Assembly: GCA_029856045.1 (NCBI GenBank)
Contig: JAHQWG010000028.1
Location: 128,001-192,000 of the forward strand
Direction of reading: 5' to 3'
DNA from: Promethearchaeia archaeon
GTDB taxonomy: Archaea; Asgardarchaeota; Lokiarchaeia; Sigyniarchaeales; SOKP01
Length of the DNA: 64,000 bases
Shown here: piece by piece, positions 28,079 to 37,769 of the stretch
How positions within the stretch are numbered: position 1 is the first letter of the stretch
Layout of the letters: every line of letters begins with the position of its first letter
Program-made: the position numbers and the translations under genes
Notes under the pieces: generated by a model
What the model saw: only the letters and a program-made list of their open reading frames with translations
The model's database searches: none
Told to the model about the DNA's origin: nothing

Positions 28079-30652
28079 TTATTCAAGCATTTTCCAGGGC
28101 TTTCCGAAAAGAAGAAATGAATTAAAAGCAATGATTGATTCTACATTTATGTCTTGTTGTATATCTATTTCTTTTTGGTCAACATTTGACGCCACCTTAT
28201 TTAGAAGAATTTTTTGTCGTGCTTTCAATACAGAAATTCCTTGACTAAACCCATCAGTTAGATTATTATATATATTTGAAATTAATTGCCTTGTATTATC
28301 GTTAAAATCGTATAAAATTCTTATAATAATTCCAGTTATCTCGTTTTGATCGAAATTTTGAATTATCTTAGAAATAACCTTTAAAATTGATGGTAATTGA
28401 TCTCCCAAAAGATTGAATATACGTACATTAAAGAAAATGAATGGTTTTTTGCTAGTAGTAGTCTTTTTTATAGCATAATTAATATCTGAAATAGAAACTG
28501 TTTGATAATCATTAGTAATAAAATAACTATTTTTTGGATTCTCGGTTGAATAAAATAAATTTCCAATGATATGAATGATGTCATTAGTGCCTGAGATTAT
28601 ACTATTTAAAACATTTTCTCGGGTTAAATTTTCTTGTATGTAATATTCCATATGGTCAACGAAAGAAGATTCACTGAAATATTGGATAATATGATTTAAC
28701 TCATTTACACCTTCATTAAAGGGATACATTAACACATTATTTTTTGTGGCATCATCCCATTTTGATGGAAGCATTAAATTTAAACTCCCAAAAGTTAATA
28801 TATTAAATTTTTGTTTCGATTGATCTAAAGGCAAAATAGGTATGTTCGAATTAATTCCTCTTAAATCAGGTTCTCCTAGAGAGTATCCAATAGGATATTT
28901 CAAAGAAAAGAATCCAGACCCATCGTGGATTAAATCAAACGGTATATTTATTTTATCAAGTATTAAAAATATGTGAGGAATATGATCTGTACAATCTTGT
29001 TTCAATTTTAAAAATATATTTCTAAGTTTTTTTGGAAGAGATAAATACAGAAGTTTTCCAAAATCTACAAATGTTATATCTTTTTCAACTTCTATATTCC
29101 AAAAAAGATCATTATAAATTTTAATTAAATAAGCGTCGTTCCAATATTCATCAACAATTATATCTTGAAATTCTTGTGAATCCTCGAATTTTCCAAAATA
29201 ATTTATTTTCCCATTATCTCTAATTCTTATTGAGAGATATTCGATTTTCAGATTCTCTTTTTCGTCGAATAGATTAAATAATCCTTCATCTTGTTGATCG
29301 AAAAAAGTCATATTTTCAAGTTCCTGAGAATATTCATTTGGAAATTCTTGTAAATTTGTCAATAATGGTTGTATTTTTTTGGATAAAAATTTATTTATAT
29401 TTTCGCTTAAATTTATATCCTGTTCTTCAAAAAATGCTCTATAAAACATTGAATTCCAAAATTCAAATTTTTCAGGTGTAATAAATTTAGTTTTTAGCCT
29501 CCAAATAAAATTATAGACATAAAAGTAATGCACTATTTGTTTAGCATTTGAAGGAGTTGAAATATTTTTTTGTAATTCTTCTAATGATCTCAAAAGATAT
29601 TTTTTTTCTTTTAGATCTCTAAAATTTTTGCAAGCGTCAGCCCAATGTTCAATTAAAAGAAAATTATATTTATTTTTATAGAATTCTTTAAAATAATTCC
29701 CTAAAAACTTATATAAATTAAATGATATCTCAAATCGATTTCTTTTTAGTAAAAAATATAAGTATTTCTTTATATAATCAACAGCATCATCTAGGGAATT
29801 GAATTGAATAATCTTAAGAAAAATATTCTCAATTAAACTCAATATCCAGCTAGATTCTCCGATATCATTCAAATACATCAATAAATTTTCTAAATCTGAG
29901 AAGATCTCATTAAAATTTGTTTCATTTATTTTTATTTTTGATAAATGAGAGAATTCACTTTTTAATTCAGGGCGTAATTTATCTACCATAATATTATTTA
30001 TCTCTTTTACAAATTCTTCAGAATTCTCCTTTAATTGAAATGAGATTCCAATATTTTCTATAAAAACATATAGTAATAAGGTTCTTTTAGTAGGCTCAAT
30101 TTTTTTTAGAAATTCCCATAAAAAATTTACAGAAAAATAATATATTGATGATGGAGAAACTGATTTATTAAGGTAAATGGATAGAATTTGGTATTTAAGT
30201 AATTCATGATAATTTCCTTCATCTTTCATAATGTTTGAAAGAGAGTTTAGTAATTTTATTAAACCATTAATTGAAACGTCTGGTTGATTAATATAAGATT
30301 TGATAAGATTTTTTCCGTGATTTAGTAATTCATAATATTTGTTTTGTTTAGCCAAAAAACCAAAATAACGATTATAAGAATCATAATATTTTATAACGTC
30401 AAAAATTGAGCCCTCGTCGGTTTGTTGAATTAGAGACTGCAAATATTTATCCCAAGAATTATTTAAAATTTCATTTAATTGGTCTTTTTTTTGAAGGTTT
30501 ATCCAATCTGCCTTTTGAATATCAAAATATAGCTTTGTGAATAACTTATCTGCCCATTTATGATTTCCTAACTTTAACAATTTTCGACCTTGGATTATTT
30601 GCTGTTCAAAATTCTTGAAAAACTCTTGGTTTTTTTCATTTTGAGAACTCAT
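28079..30652 (-). CDS. Alpha-helical solenoid + CHAT (caspase/HetF-like) domain protein, apparently inactive
   Basis: FGKLLY..LP, NIPFDLIHDGSGFFSLKYPIG, DIIHIIGN, FIFFNVR, VLKARQ, FLLFGKP match the CHAT layout; the N-terminal ~450 aa are helical. Confidence 0.75.
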   Translation of the reverse strand: MSSQNEKNQEFFKNFEQQIIQGRKLLKLGNHKWADKLFTKLYFDIQKADWINLQKKDQLNEILNNSWDKYLQSLIQQTDEGSIFDVIKYYDSYNRYFGFLAKQNKYYELLNHGKNLIKSYINQPDVSINGLIKLLNSLSNIMKDEGNYHELLKYQILSIYLNKSVSPSSIYYFSVNFLWEFLKKIEPTKRTLLLYVFIENIGISFQLKENSEEFVKEINNIMVDKLRPELKSEFSHLSKIKINETNFNEIFSDLENLLMYLNDIGESSWILSLIENIFLKIIQFNSLDDAVDYIKKYLYFLLKRNRFEISFNLYKFLGNYFKEFYKNKYNFLLIEHWADACKNFRDLKEKKYLLRSLEELQKNISTPSNAKQIVHYFYVYNFIWRLKTKFITPEKFEFWNSMFYRAFFEEQDINLSENINKFLSKKIQPLLTNLQEFPNEYSQELENMTFFDQQDEGLFNLFDEKENLKIEYLSIRIRDNGKINYFGKFEDSQEFQDIIVDEYWNDAYLIKIYNDLFWNIEVEKDITFVDFGKLLYLSLPKKLRNIFLKLKQDCTDHIPHIFLILDKINIPFDLIHDGSGFFSLKYPIGYSLGEPDLRGINSNIPILPLDQSKQKFNILTFGSLNLMLPSKWDDATKNNVLMYPFNEGVNELNHIIQYFSESSFVDHMEYYIQENLTRENVLNSIISGTNDIIHIIGNLFYSTENPKNSYFITNDYQTVSISDINYAIKKTTTSKKPFIFFNVRIFNLLGDQLPSILKVISKIIQNFDQNEITGIIIRILYDFNDNTRQLISNIYNNLTDGFSQGISVLKARQKILLNKVASNVDQKEIDIQQDINVESIIAFNSFLLFGKPWKMLE

Positions 30653-30702
30653 ATTTTTATTAACTCAACTAAAACTAATTAAAATTAATTATATTTGACA
30701 CT

Positions 30703-31905
30703 TCAATCTTCATCTACTTCGTTAGAAGGAGGTTGGGATATAACCTCACCATTTTGATTTTTATTTTGAAAATTTGGATTTTCAATCCATCCTTTCGTAA
30801 TTAATCCACGAGAATATAAAATAGAGGCTCCAATCCAACCCATATCATCTCTTCCTGTTGGTGTAATAACCTTAATTTCATCTCTGATTTTTTCGGAAAA
30901 AAACTTACCAACTTCCACTTTTAATCTTTTACCAAGATCTTTAATTAGGCTAGTTCCGCCACAAAGAATAATATTTTGGAGTAATTCCAACCAATCATTC
31001 CTATTCCATGTTTTAACAAGATCTGCAATCATTTTTGGTAATTCTATAATATCCAAATGAATTCGATTTGGATTGAATAAAGGTTCGGGAATCATTATTC
31101 TTTCATAATTAATCGTAAAAATACATCCATCAGGTAGTTGAATTTCTTGGTCAAAAGAACTTAACCCTTCTTCAATTTTTTTTTTAGTTTCTTTAGGATT
31201 AAAAACACATATTGAAGATCTATCTTTTATTTCTCGTGCAATCCATTTATCTATATAATTTATTTTGTATTTCTTATTAAATAATATTAAATCCATAAAA
31301 TATTCAGTAAGATCCTTTCCTGCAATTGGAAAAAAGTCGCGAGCTGAGAAATTACTAAATCCATGTAAATATGTTGAAACAAACGAATTTTGCTCTCCTA
31401 GATTGATAACAACCCCTGTATTTTTACCTATGGCAGATAAAACACAATCAGAAAAAGTAAGAAAATTAATTTGGGGGAAATTTAATTCATCTAAAAATAT
31501 CTGTTGCATTTTTTTTTTATCATTCTCTGAACTAGTAAAAGGAAATAAAACAATTAATGGCTGTTGGAAAAAAAAGTTCTGTTCTATTCCCAATTGATGA
31601 TAATAATATAAAAAGAATTTTTTCAAGACGTTATAATTTTTTTCTATTACAAATTGATGATTATTCAAAATATCTTTATATTTTAACGCTTCAGACCCAT
31701 ATAGATGTTTTTCTGTATTCTTAGAAATAACAATATCCTTTAATCCTGAAATATTATCTGATTTATATATGGGATCTGTTATATCCGTATATATACTTGG
31801 AACTATAATATCGGGAAGATCGTCTCCCGCAAAACCTAACCGAAAATTAGCAGAACCTATATCTAAGATTAGGGGACGCAAAAACTCTTCTTTCTCATTT
31901 TCCAT
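30703..31905 (-). CDS. Actin-related protein (Asgard ARP)
   Basis: PLILDIGSANFRLGFAGDDLP..IVPS, YGSEA, TGVVINLG, IAGKDLTEYF, AREIKD, LPDG..I..ER...PE.LF.P, NIILCGGTS, WIGASIL. Confidence 0.93.
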   Translation of the reverse strand: MENEKEEFLRPLILDIGSANFRLGFAGDDLPDIIVPSIYTDITDPIYKSDNISGLKDIVISKNTEKHLYGSEALKYKDILNNHQFVIEKNYNVLKKFFLYYYHQLGIEQNFFFQQPLIVLFPFTSSENDKKKMQQIFLDELNFPQINFLTFSDCVLSAIGKNTGVVINLGEQNSFVSTYLHGFSNFSARDFFPIAGKDLTEYFMDLILFNKKYKINYIDKWIAREIKDRSSICVFNPKETKKKIEEGLSSFDQEIQLPDGCIFTINYERIMIPEPLFNPNRIHLDIIELPKMIADLVKTWNRNDWLELLQNIILCGGTSLIKDLGKRLKVEVGKFFSEKIRDEIKVITPTGRDDMGWIGASILYSRGLITKGWIENPNFQNKNQNGEVISQPPSNEVDED

Positions 31906-32017
31906 AATATTTTATATGCAATTTATCCTTAAAAAAACCTTGTTATTACACCAAAAAAACTGTGAAATCCGTGGTTTTTAGGAGAACTAAGAAATATTAA
32001 TTAATTAATTCTAAACT

Positions 32018-32710
32018 CTATGAAGGTTTAAGTAAAAGCTCCGAAACTTCTTTTTTTAATTGATATTCTTGAATCTGTAATTCTAGAAGGCCTAATATTT
32101 TTTTAAAATCTTTCGAAATTACCCCAAAATTAGTGTTTGAAATTTTTTCAATTTCATTGCGCTTTATTTCAAAATCAGTTAATCCTTTTTGTGTTTTTGC
32201 AAGTAAATTTTCTATCGAATTTATCAGCTGTTCTGTGTTTTTTTTGGTTATTTTTCTCATTTTTCGTAAAATAGATAAAATCATTCCAGTAGAATTCTCC
32301 CATCTTGTGTATCTATCACTAAAACTATTAAATAATTCTGTAAAAAAAAGATTCATATTCTCATATAAATTCAATTCTTCTCTATGGGGTGTTGTTGGTA
32401 AATCTTCAATTTCTTTAAAATCCTCTAAAACCTCGATCTTTATACCGGACTCTTCAGATATCGTTTTATTATCCTGACTAGTTTCAGATGTCAATTGTGG
32501 GGTTATCTCGATATTATCATTTTTCTCATTTGCAGTTTCTTCAGTTTTTGACTCCGCTTTTCCTCCCATAAATTCTTCTAAAGCTTTTTTACTATCTTTA
32601 CTTTTTTTCAAAGCGGTCTCTAAAAAACTAAGTCCATCTTGCTTTACTTCTGGCTCACTTAAATCTTCATCCTTTTCTGATTTTTCTTTCTTAACCTTCT
32701 TCTTAGCCAT
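32018..32710 (-). CDS. Hypothetical protein: charged disordered N-terminus + C-terminal coiled coil
   Basis: K/E-rich low-complexity first ~110 aa, then heptad-like helical region. Confidence 0.8.
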   Translation of the reverse strand: MAKKKVKKEKSEKDEDLSEPEVKQDGLSFLETALKKSKDSKKALEEFMGGKAESKTEETANEKNDNIEITPQLTSETSQDNKTISEESGIKIEVLEDFKEIEDLPTTPHREELNLYENMNLFFTELFNSFSDRYTRWENSTGMILSILRKMRKITKKNTEQLINSIENLLAKTQKGLTDFEIKRNEIEKISNTNFGVISKDFKKILGLLELQIQEYQLKKEVSELLLKPS

Positions 32711-32745
32711 AATAATTCATAATTTTTTTAAAATTCTTTAAAAAT

Positions 32746-33147
32746 CTATTCAATTATCTCAATTTTCTGAGCATTACCTCTTTGAATTAATGTTTCAATT
32801 ACATTATCAATATTTAAACCATCAGGAATAGGTGCAATCACATTCCATATCGCTAATTTTCCTTTCTCAATAACGATTGCTTCACCGTAAATAAGAGAAA
32901 TATTTAATTCACCTATGGTTTTTGCAATTAGTGCTAATGAACCCGCAACATCATTCATATAAATTTTTAATTTAACAGTGTCTTTTTCTCCAGTCCAACC
33001 TACGGGATAGATTCGAATTTCTTTCTTCTCACTATCTGCTATCATCATTATTTGGGTTGCATCCTCGATCCCTAACGATTTTCGGAAGATATTTGGAATT
33101 ACTATTCTTCCTCTTGTATCAATATTGAGAATTCGTGCTTCTTTCAT
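32746..33147 (-). CDS. AbrB/MazE/SpoVT DNA-binding domain + ACT domain regulator
   Basis: IDTRGRIVIPNIFRKSLGI (AbrB); DVAGSLALIAKTIGELNISL (ACT). Confidence 0.9.
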   Translation of the reverse strand: MKEARILNIDTRGRIVIPNIFRKSLGIEDATQIMMIADSEKKEIRIYPVGWTGEKDTVKLKIYMNDVAGSLALIAKTIGELNISLIYGEAIVIEKGKLAIWNVIAPIPDGLNIDNVIETLIQRGNAQKIEIIE

Positions 33148-33232
33148 ATGTGCTTCTTTCCAAAATTTTTGTAAAATCTTAATTTATTAATAAAAAATTC
33201 TCAAAACTTGTTTAAAAATATTACTTAATCAT

Positions 33233-36200
33233 TCATATTTTCTCTTCTTTTTGCTTTCTTAATAAGAGATATAAAATAATAACGACTGTAATTATTAGCG
33301 GAAAAAACACTGCCAAAGGGTTTCCTCCTGTTAAATTATTGAGGGCTAAAGAAATTGTAAACAAAGCGGCAATTAAAGAGATAACTGATCCATATTGACT
33401 GGCAACGAATCTTAATCTATTAAGGATCTCATAAAATTTGAAGTTTGTGGTTTTAATAACTTTTAACTTAGCAGGATTTAAACTATCAATAATTTCAGGA
33501 TTCTCATAATATAACTGAAGTTCAGGGTCATATTTTCCTGGTAAAGCATTTTCACCAATCAATGTGATAATATATGTTTGGATTTTATCTTTTTTAATTT
33601 TAAGTTCGCGCGCCAAAAAAGATATTGTTATATATTCGTCTTTAACCGCTTTAATAACAATTTTTACATAACTTTTAAGTATTAATTGCTCTAATTTTTT
33701 AATTTTCTCATTAATTATCTCATCATACTCATGCAGAAAATGTTTAAAATCGTCAAAAAGAAATTTATTTTTTGTATTGAATGTAGGAGATGATTTTTTG
33801 AATTCTTTTTTAAGTTTAGATGTTTCGTTTTCAATATATTTTAATCTTTCACGTATTTTTTTTACCCTTCTTTGAACCATAATACTTGTAGATTTAAAAT
33901 CTTTAATTTCTAATTTGTCTTCAACTTTTCGTTCTAAGGATCCAAGCATTTGATTAAGTATAACCTGGTTTCTATTTATAAAATGCATCAAATCTTCTTT
34001 TAAAGCGTCATTTTTAATCAAGTCTAATTTTTTTGATAAATTTTCCTTAAATTCTTCAAATTCTTTATTAAATTGATGCTTCTTAAAAACAAGTTCTTCT
34101 CGAATTTCAGAATTTGATATTTTTAAACTTTCATTCTCTACCATCATGGTACTAATTTTTTGTTCAATCTCATTCAAAGAAATTTTCCTAGTTTCTGATA
34201 ATTTTAAGATTTTACCGCTAAAATTATTTATAAGTTTATCATAATCGTTTATTTTTTCAGCTTCGTCTTGAAATAATTTATTTAATTCCCGTAATTGGAT
34301 TCTTAAAGAGTTGAATTCTTCACCGATGAAACTTACAAGTTGATTAAAAATTATTGTATTTTTGTTAATTTCATTAATAATATTCCTATATCTATTAAGT
34401 TCAGTATTAAAAAAATTTTTATTCGCTATGAAATCATCTCTATTTGTATTTATTCCAATTTTTAAAATTTCATTTTGGTAACTTCTTTCTAAATTTAATT
34501 GCTGGTTATTAAATTCTTCTATTCTATTTTGAATTTCTAAAACATTAACTTTAAGAGATTTATTTTTTATTGCAGATTCATATAGAGATACTAATTTTCC
34601 GAAATTATTTCCTAATTTCTCTATTTGTTTTTCTATAAAATTTCTCAATTGTTTATTCTTATAATAGTTATCTGTGAATACAAGGAGTTCCTTGTTATTT
34701 TCATCCAATTCTCCATCTAATTTTGTAATTTCTATCATTTCATTGATTCTTTCGATCAATATATTACATTTTAGATTTAATTTTTTCTTTAAATCATCCA
34801 GTTTTATGAGATTTGTATGGGATTGCGAGGTATTTGACAGAATCTCTTGTTTAATAATCTCATTTGTATATCTATTTTTTAAATCATTCAAATTATTTTT
34901 AAATAGATCTATGAATTTATTCCATGATAACATACATAACTTTGATTTCTCTTGAAAATCTACTACAATTTTAGCAAGTTCTTTTACTTTATCTTTAACT
35001 TTTTCATTGAGATCTGAATAATTTTTAGAAAGTTCAGCAATTCGAGATTTTAAATTGGCGATTTTAAGTTTTTGATAATTTAAATCTTTCGCACATTCAT
35101 TTTCTTTCTTTCTTAATTGTTCTTCTAAAATGGAAATATTGCTTTTTATAAAATTATCAAATTCTTTTAATTTCTCAAGTTCCCGTTCTTGAATAACTTT
35201 ATCTTCAATAGAATTTCGATAATTATCAAATTTCTCAATTATTTTCTGCTCTAATTTATTCCAATCCTCTTGAATTTTTTTTAGAAGTAGAAAAAGTTTT
35301 CTCTTACTCTTCAAATGTTCCTTTAATTGAGATTGGGATTTTTTAATTAATTCTAATTTTTCATTTAAAAGCTTCTCAGTTTTTTCTTCAATAATTTCCA
35401 GTGCCAGTTGATATTTTTTTTCCTTTAAGATTAAATCAACTGTGTTTTTGAGTTCATTAATCATCATAGAAGTACTTTGTTCTATTTCCTTTATTTCATT
35501 TTTATCATTTTCATAAATCTTAAATCCTTCTAGGAAATAATCAATAAATGTATCTGCATCTTCTTTAATTGATATCCATTTTGAGATAACCTTCTTTTGC
35601 GTTTTTTGAATGGATTTTTCTTTAGAAGTAATTTTATGTGATATTTTATAGATTTGCGTATCTAATTTCGTGATTTCTGAATTAAGATGTTCGCAAACTT
35701 TTAATAATTGTTGAACAATTCCATTAGAATATGATTTCTCTAGGGATTCTCTAAATAAATTTTTAAAGTGGTCAATTAAAGAATAAATCTTTTGTTCATT
35801 TTTATCAATTAAATCTTCTAACTTATTCAAAATTAATTTGAAATTTTTTAGATTTTCTTTTTCCTTGAAAATTTCATTAAAATAATTTTGTAAATTAAAA
35901 TATTTGCCTCGAATTTCTGAATAATTCTTGTTCCATTCCACTATCTCATTGGATAACTGATAATTTGGATTTATGTATTTAAAATCTGTAGAAAAGGAAT
36001 TTTCAATATTTTCATTTAAAAAATCGGCTTCCATTAAAGCATTTTTTACATTATATTTTAACCTTTCTCTTGCTAAATCGAATTCATTTACAAGTATTAA
36101 GCTTTTAATCTCTTCTTTAATCTTTTTTGGTGTATCTTTTAATTTGATTATTATATTATAAATATCTGTTTTTATTTCCTCCAATTTAAATTTTTCATTA

Positions 36201-37663
36201 ATTATTTCTTCGCTATTTATATTAGAATCAATTCTAATTACTTCAGAAATAAATTTGTCTTTATATAGATAATATTTGCTAAAAAAAATCATGTTTTTCC
36301 GAAGAATTCGACCTAGGAAAAAGTTGTGCGAAATTAAATCTTCTGTTAGAAGGATCAAATCCCTAATTTTTTTTGGCTTATTTGGGTAATTGTATTTGTA
36401 GTCATTCAGAAGTTTATTTAAATAGATAACGCTATTATTTTTTATCGATGCATATACTGATTTAGCTAAATATGCATTTTCTCGGGTTAAATTTCTTAAA
36501 TAATTATTAAATTCAATTTCATTATCTAAAATCTCCAAATTAAAGTTGTATTTCTGATTAATATGTCTGAGAATTTCTGGTATTCCCTCATTTATTCCTA
36601 ACTCTTTTTTTAAAATATTTAAGTCTAAAGAAGTATTTATATCAAAATGTCTAAAAGCAGTTCTCTCAACTTCTTCAATAAATTTAGACCAAATAAATGA
36701 GCACATTAAAATAATTTTCGAAATATCCATTAATTTCAAGGTATTAAATGAACTATAATCATGATTTAAGCCTTTAATTTTCGTTGAGAGAAAAGAATAA
36801 ATCTTTCCACGATTGTAATCAAAGAACCAGGAATAATTTTCCAAAACATAAATAATCCAAAATGTTTCATTTATTTTCCCAACATTTTCCTTAAAACTAA
36901 AACCTCCATCATTTTGTTGAAATTGGTGTAAATATTTTAAGTGTTTAGTCTCAATATCAGAAATTAAATCAAAATATTTAAGACTAAGTAATTGAAATAC
37001 TATGGAATATTTCTTTTTTAAATCATTAAAATATTTTAAAAACACATTTTGTTCTAATTTGATATCAAAATCTAGAAGAATCAATGCTTCTATTACGAAA
37101 AAACTTGTTCTAATAGGCGTTGTTTTTTGGCAAATTGTACAATTTTTGTTTAAACAATGAATAAAACGCCCTTTATCTCTGGTCTTATAAATAAAATTAA
37201 TAATCTTTTCTTTTATATTTTCTCTTGAATGTGTAGATAAATAGGCATCTAATTGTCCTAATAAATTTAAACTGGCTAAAGCAAAAAAGGTTGACCAATT
37301 ATCTGGTTTTCTCTGTTTAGATTCAGGGGAAAACTTAAATCCTAGGGAATTTTCTTCAAAAATTTCACATCCTGTTATGAAATTAATGATCTTTTTGAGA
37401 TTTATAGATATATCTTCCCTCAAATATTTCCCCAATAAAAGAAACCAATATATATTCTCTAAATTCAGATTTCTGAAATTTAATAATTTTTTTTCAAAAA
37501 AACGATAAATTTTCACAATCTTATCATATTCAGGTATAAAAAAACTTCCTATATCGTCATCTATGGCAAAAGTAAATGATCTAAACGGCTTCTTTTTGAA
37601 TACCGTTACATACGGATAGGCAGAATTATCTTTTACCTTTGCCATGTTATTGTGCTCAACCAA
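33233..37663 (-). CDS. Giant membrane-anchored protein: prenyltransferase/squalene-cyclase-like alpha-alpha repeats, long coiled coil, PCI-like winged helices, two C-terminal TM
   Basis: IINFITGCE...GFKFSP..PDNWSTFFALASL, YLHQFQQNDGGFS..INETFWII; extensive heptads; ITISFLARELKI...IITLIGENALPGKYD; terminal hydrophobic hairpin. Confidence 0.8.
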   Translation of the reverse strand: MVEHNNMAKVKDNSAYPYVTVFKKKPFRSFTFAIDDDIGSFFIPEYDKIVKIYRFFEKKLLNFRNLNLENIYWFLLLGKYLREDISINLKKIINFITGCEIFEENSLGFKFSPESKQRKPDNWSTFFALASLNLLGQLDAYLSTHSRENIKEKIINFIYKTRDKGRFIHCLNKNCTICQKTTPIRTSFFVIEALILLDFDIKLEQNVFLKYFNDLKKKYSIVFQLLSLKYFDLISDIETKHLKYLHQFQQNDGGFSFKENVGKINETFWIIYVLENYSWFFDYNRGKIYSFLSTKIKGLNHDYSSFNTLKLMDISKIILMCSFIWSKFIEEVERTAFRHFDINTSLDLNILKKELGINEGIPEILRHINQKYNFNLEILDNEIEFNNYLRNLTRENAYLAKSVYASIKNNSVIYLNKLLNDYKYNYPNKPKKIRDLILLTEDLISHNFFLGRILRKNMIFFSKYYLYKDKFISEVIRIDSNINSEEIINEKFKLEEIKTDIYNIIIKLKDTPKKIKEEIKSLILVNEFDLARERLKYNVKNALMEADFLNENIENSFSTDFKYINPNYQLSNEIVEWNKNYSEIRGKYFNLQNYFNEIFKEKENLKNFKLILNKLEDLIDKNEQKIYSLIDHFKNLFRESLEKSYSNGIVQQLLKVCEHLNSEITKLDTQIYKISHKITSKEKSIQKTQKKVISKWISIKEDADTFIDYFLEGFKIYENDKNEIKEIEQSTSMMINELKNTVDLILKEKKYQLALEIIEEKTEKLLNEKLELIKKSQSQLKEHLKSKRKLFLLLKKIQEDWNKLEQKIIEKFDNYRNSIEDKVIQERELEKLKEFDNFIKSNISILEEQLRKKENECAKDLNYQKLKIANLKSRIAELSKNYSDLNEKVKDKVKELAKIVVDFQEKSKLCMLSWNKFIDLFKNNLNDLKNRYTNEIIKQEILSNTSQSHTNLIKLDDLKKKLNLKCNILIERINEMIEITKLDGELDENNKELLVFTDNYYKNKQLRNFIEKQIEKLGNNFGKLVSLYESAIKNKSLKVNVLEIQNRIEEFNNQQLNLERSYQNEILKIGINTNRDDFIANKNFFNTELNRYRNIINEINKNTIIFNQLVSFIGEEFNSLRIQLRELNKLFQDEAEKINDYDKLINNFSGKILKLSETRKISLNEIEQKISTMMVENESLKISNSEIREELVFKKHQFNKEFEEFKENLSKKLDLIKNDALKEDLMHFINRNQVILNQMLGSLERKVEDKLEIKDFKSTSIMVQRRVKKIRERLKYIENETSKLKKEFKKSSPTFNTKNKFLFDDFKHFLHEYDEIINEKIKKLEQLILKSYVKIVIKAVKDEYITISFLARELKIKKDKIQTYIITLIGENALPGKYDPELQLYYENPEIIDSLNPAKLKVIKTTNFKFYEILNRLRFVASQYGSVISLIAALFTISLALNNLTGGNPLAVFFPLIITVVIILYLLLRKQKEEKI

Positions 37664-37769
37664 ATAATTATTTGTTGCAAAATCTAAATTAGATATAAAA
37701 AATTTAAAATAAAAAATTATTGTAAAAAAAATTCAAGTATTGTTTATTAAAGGAAAAATTTTAATCTTT

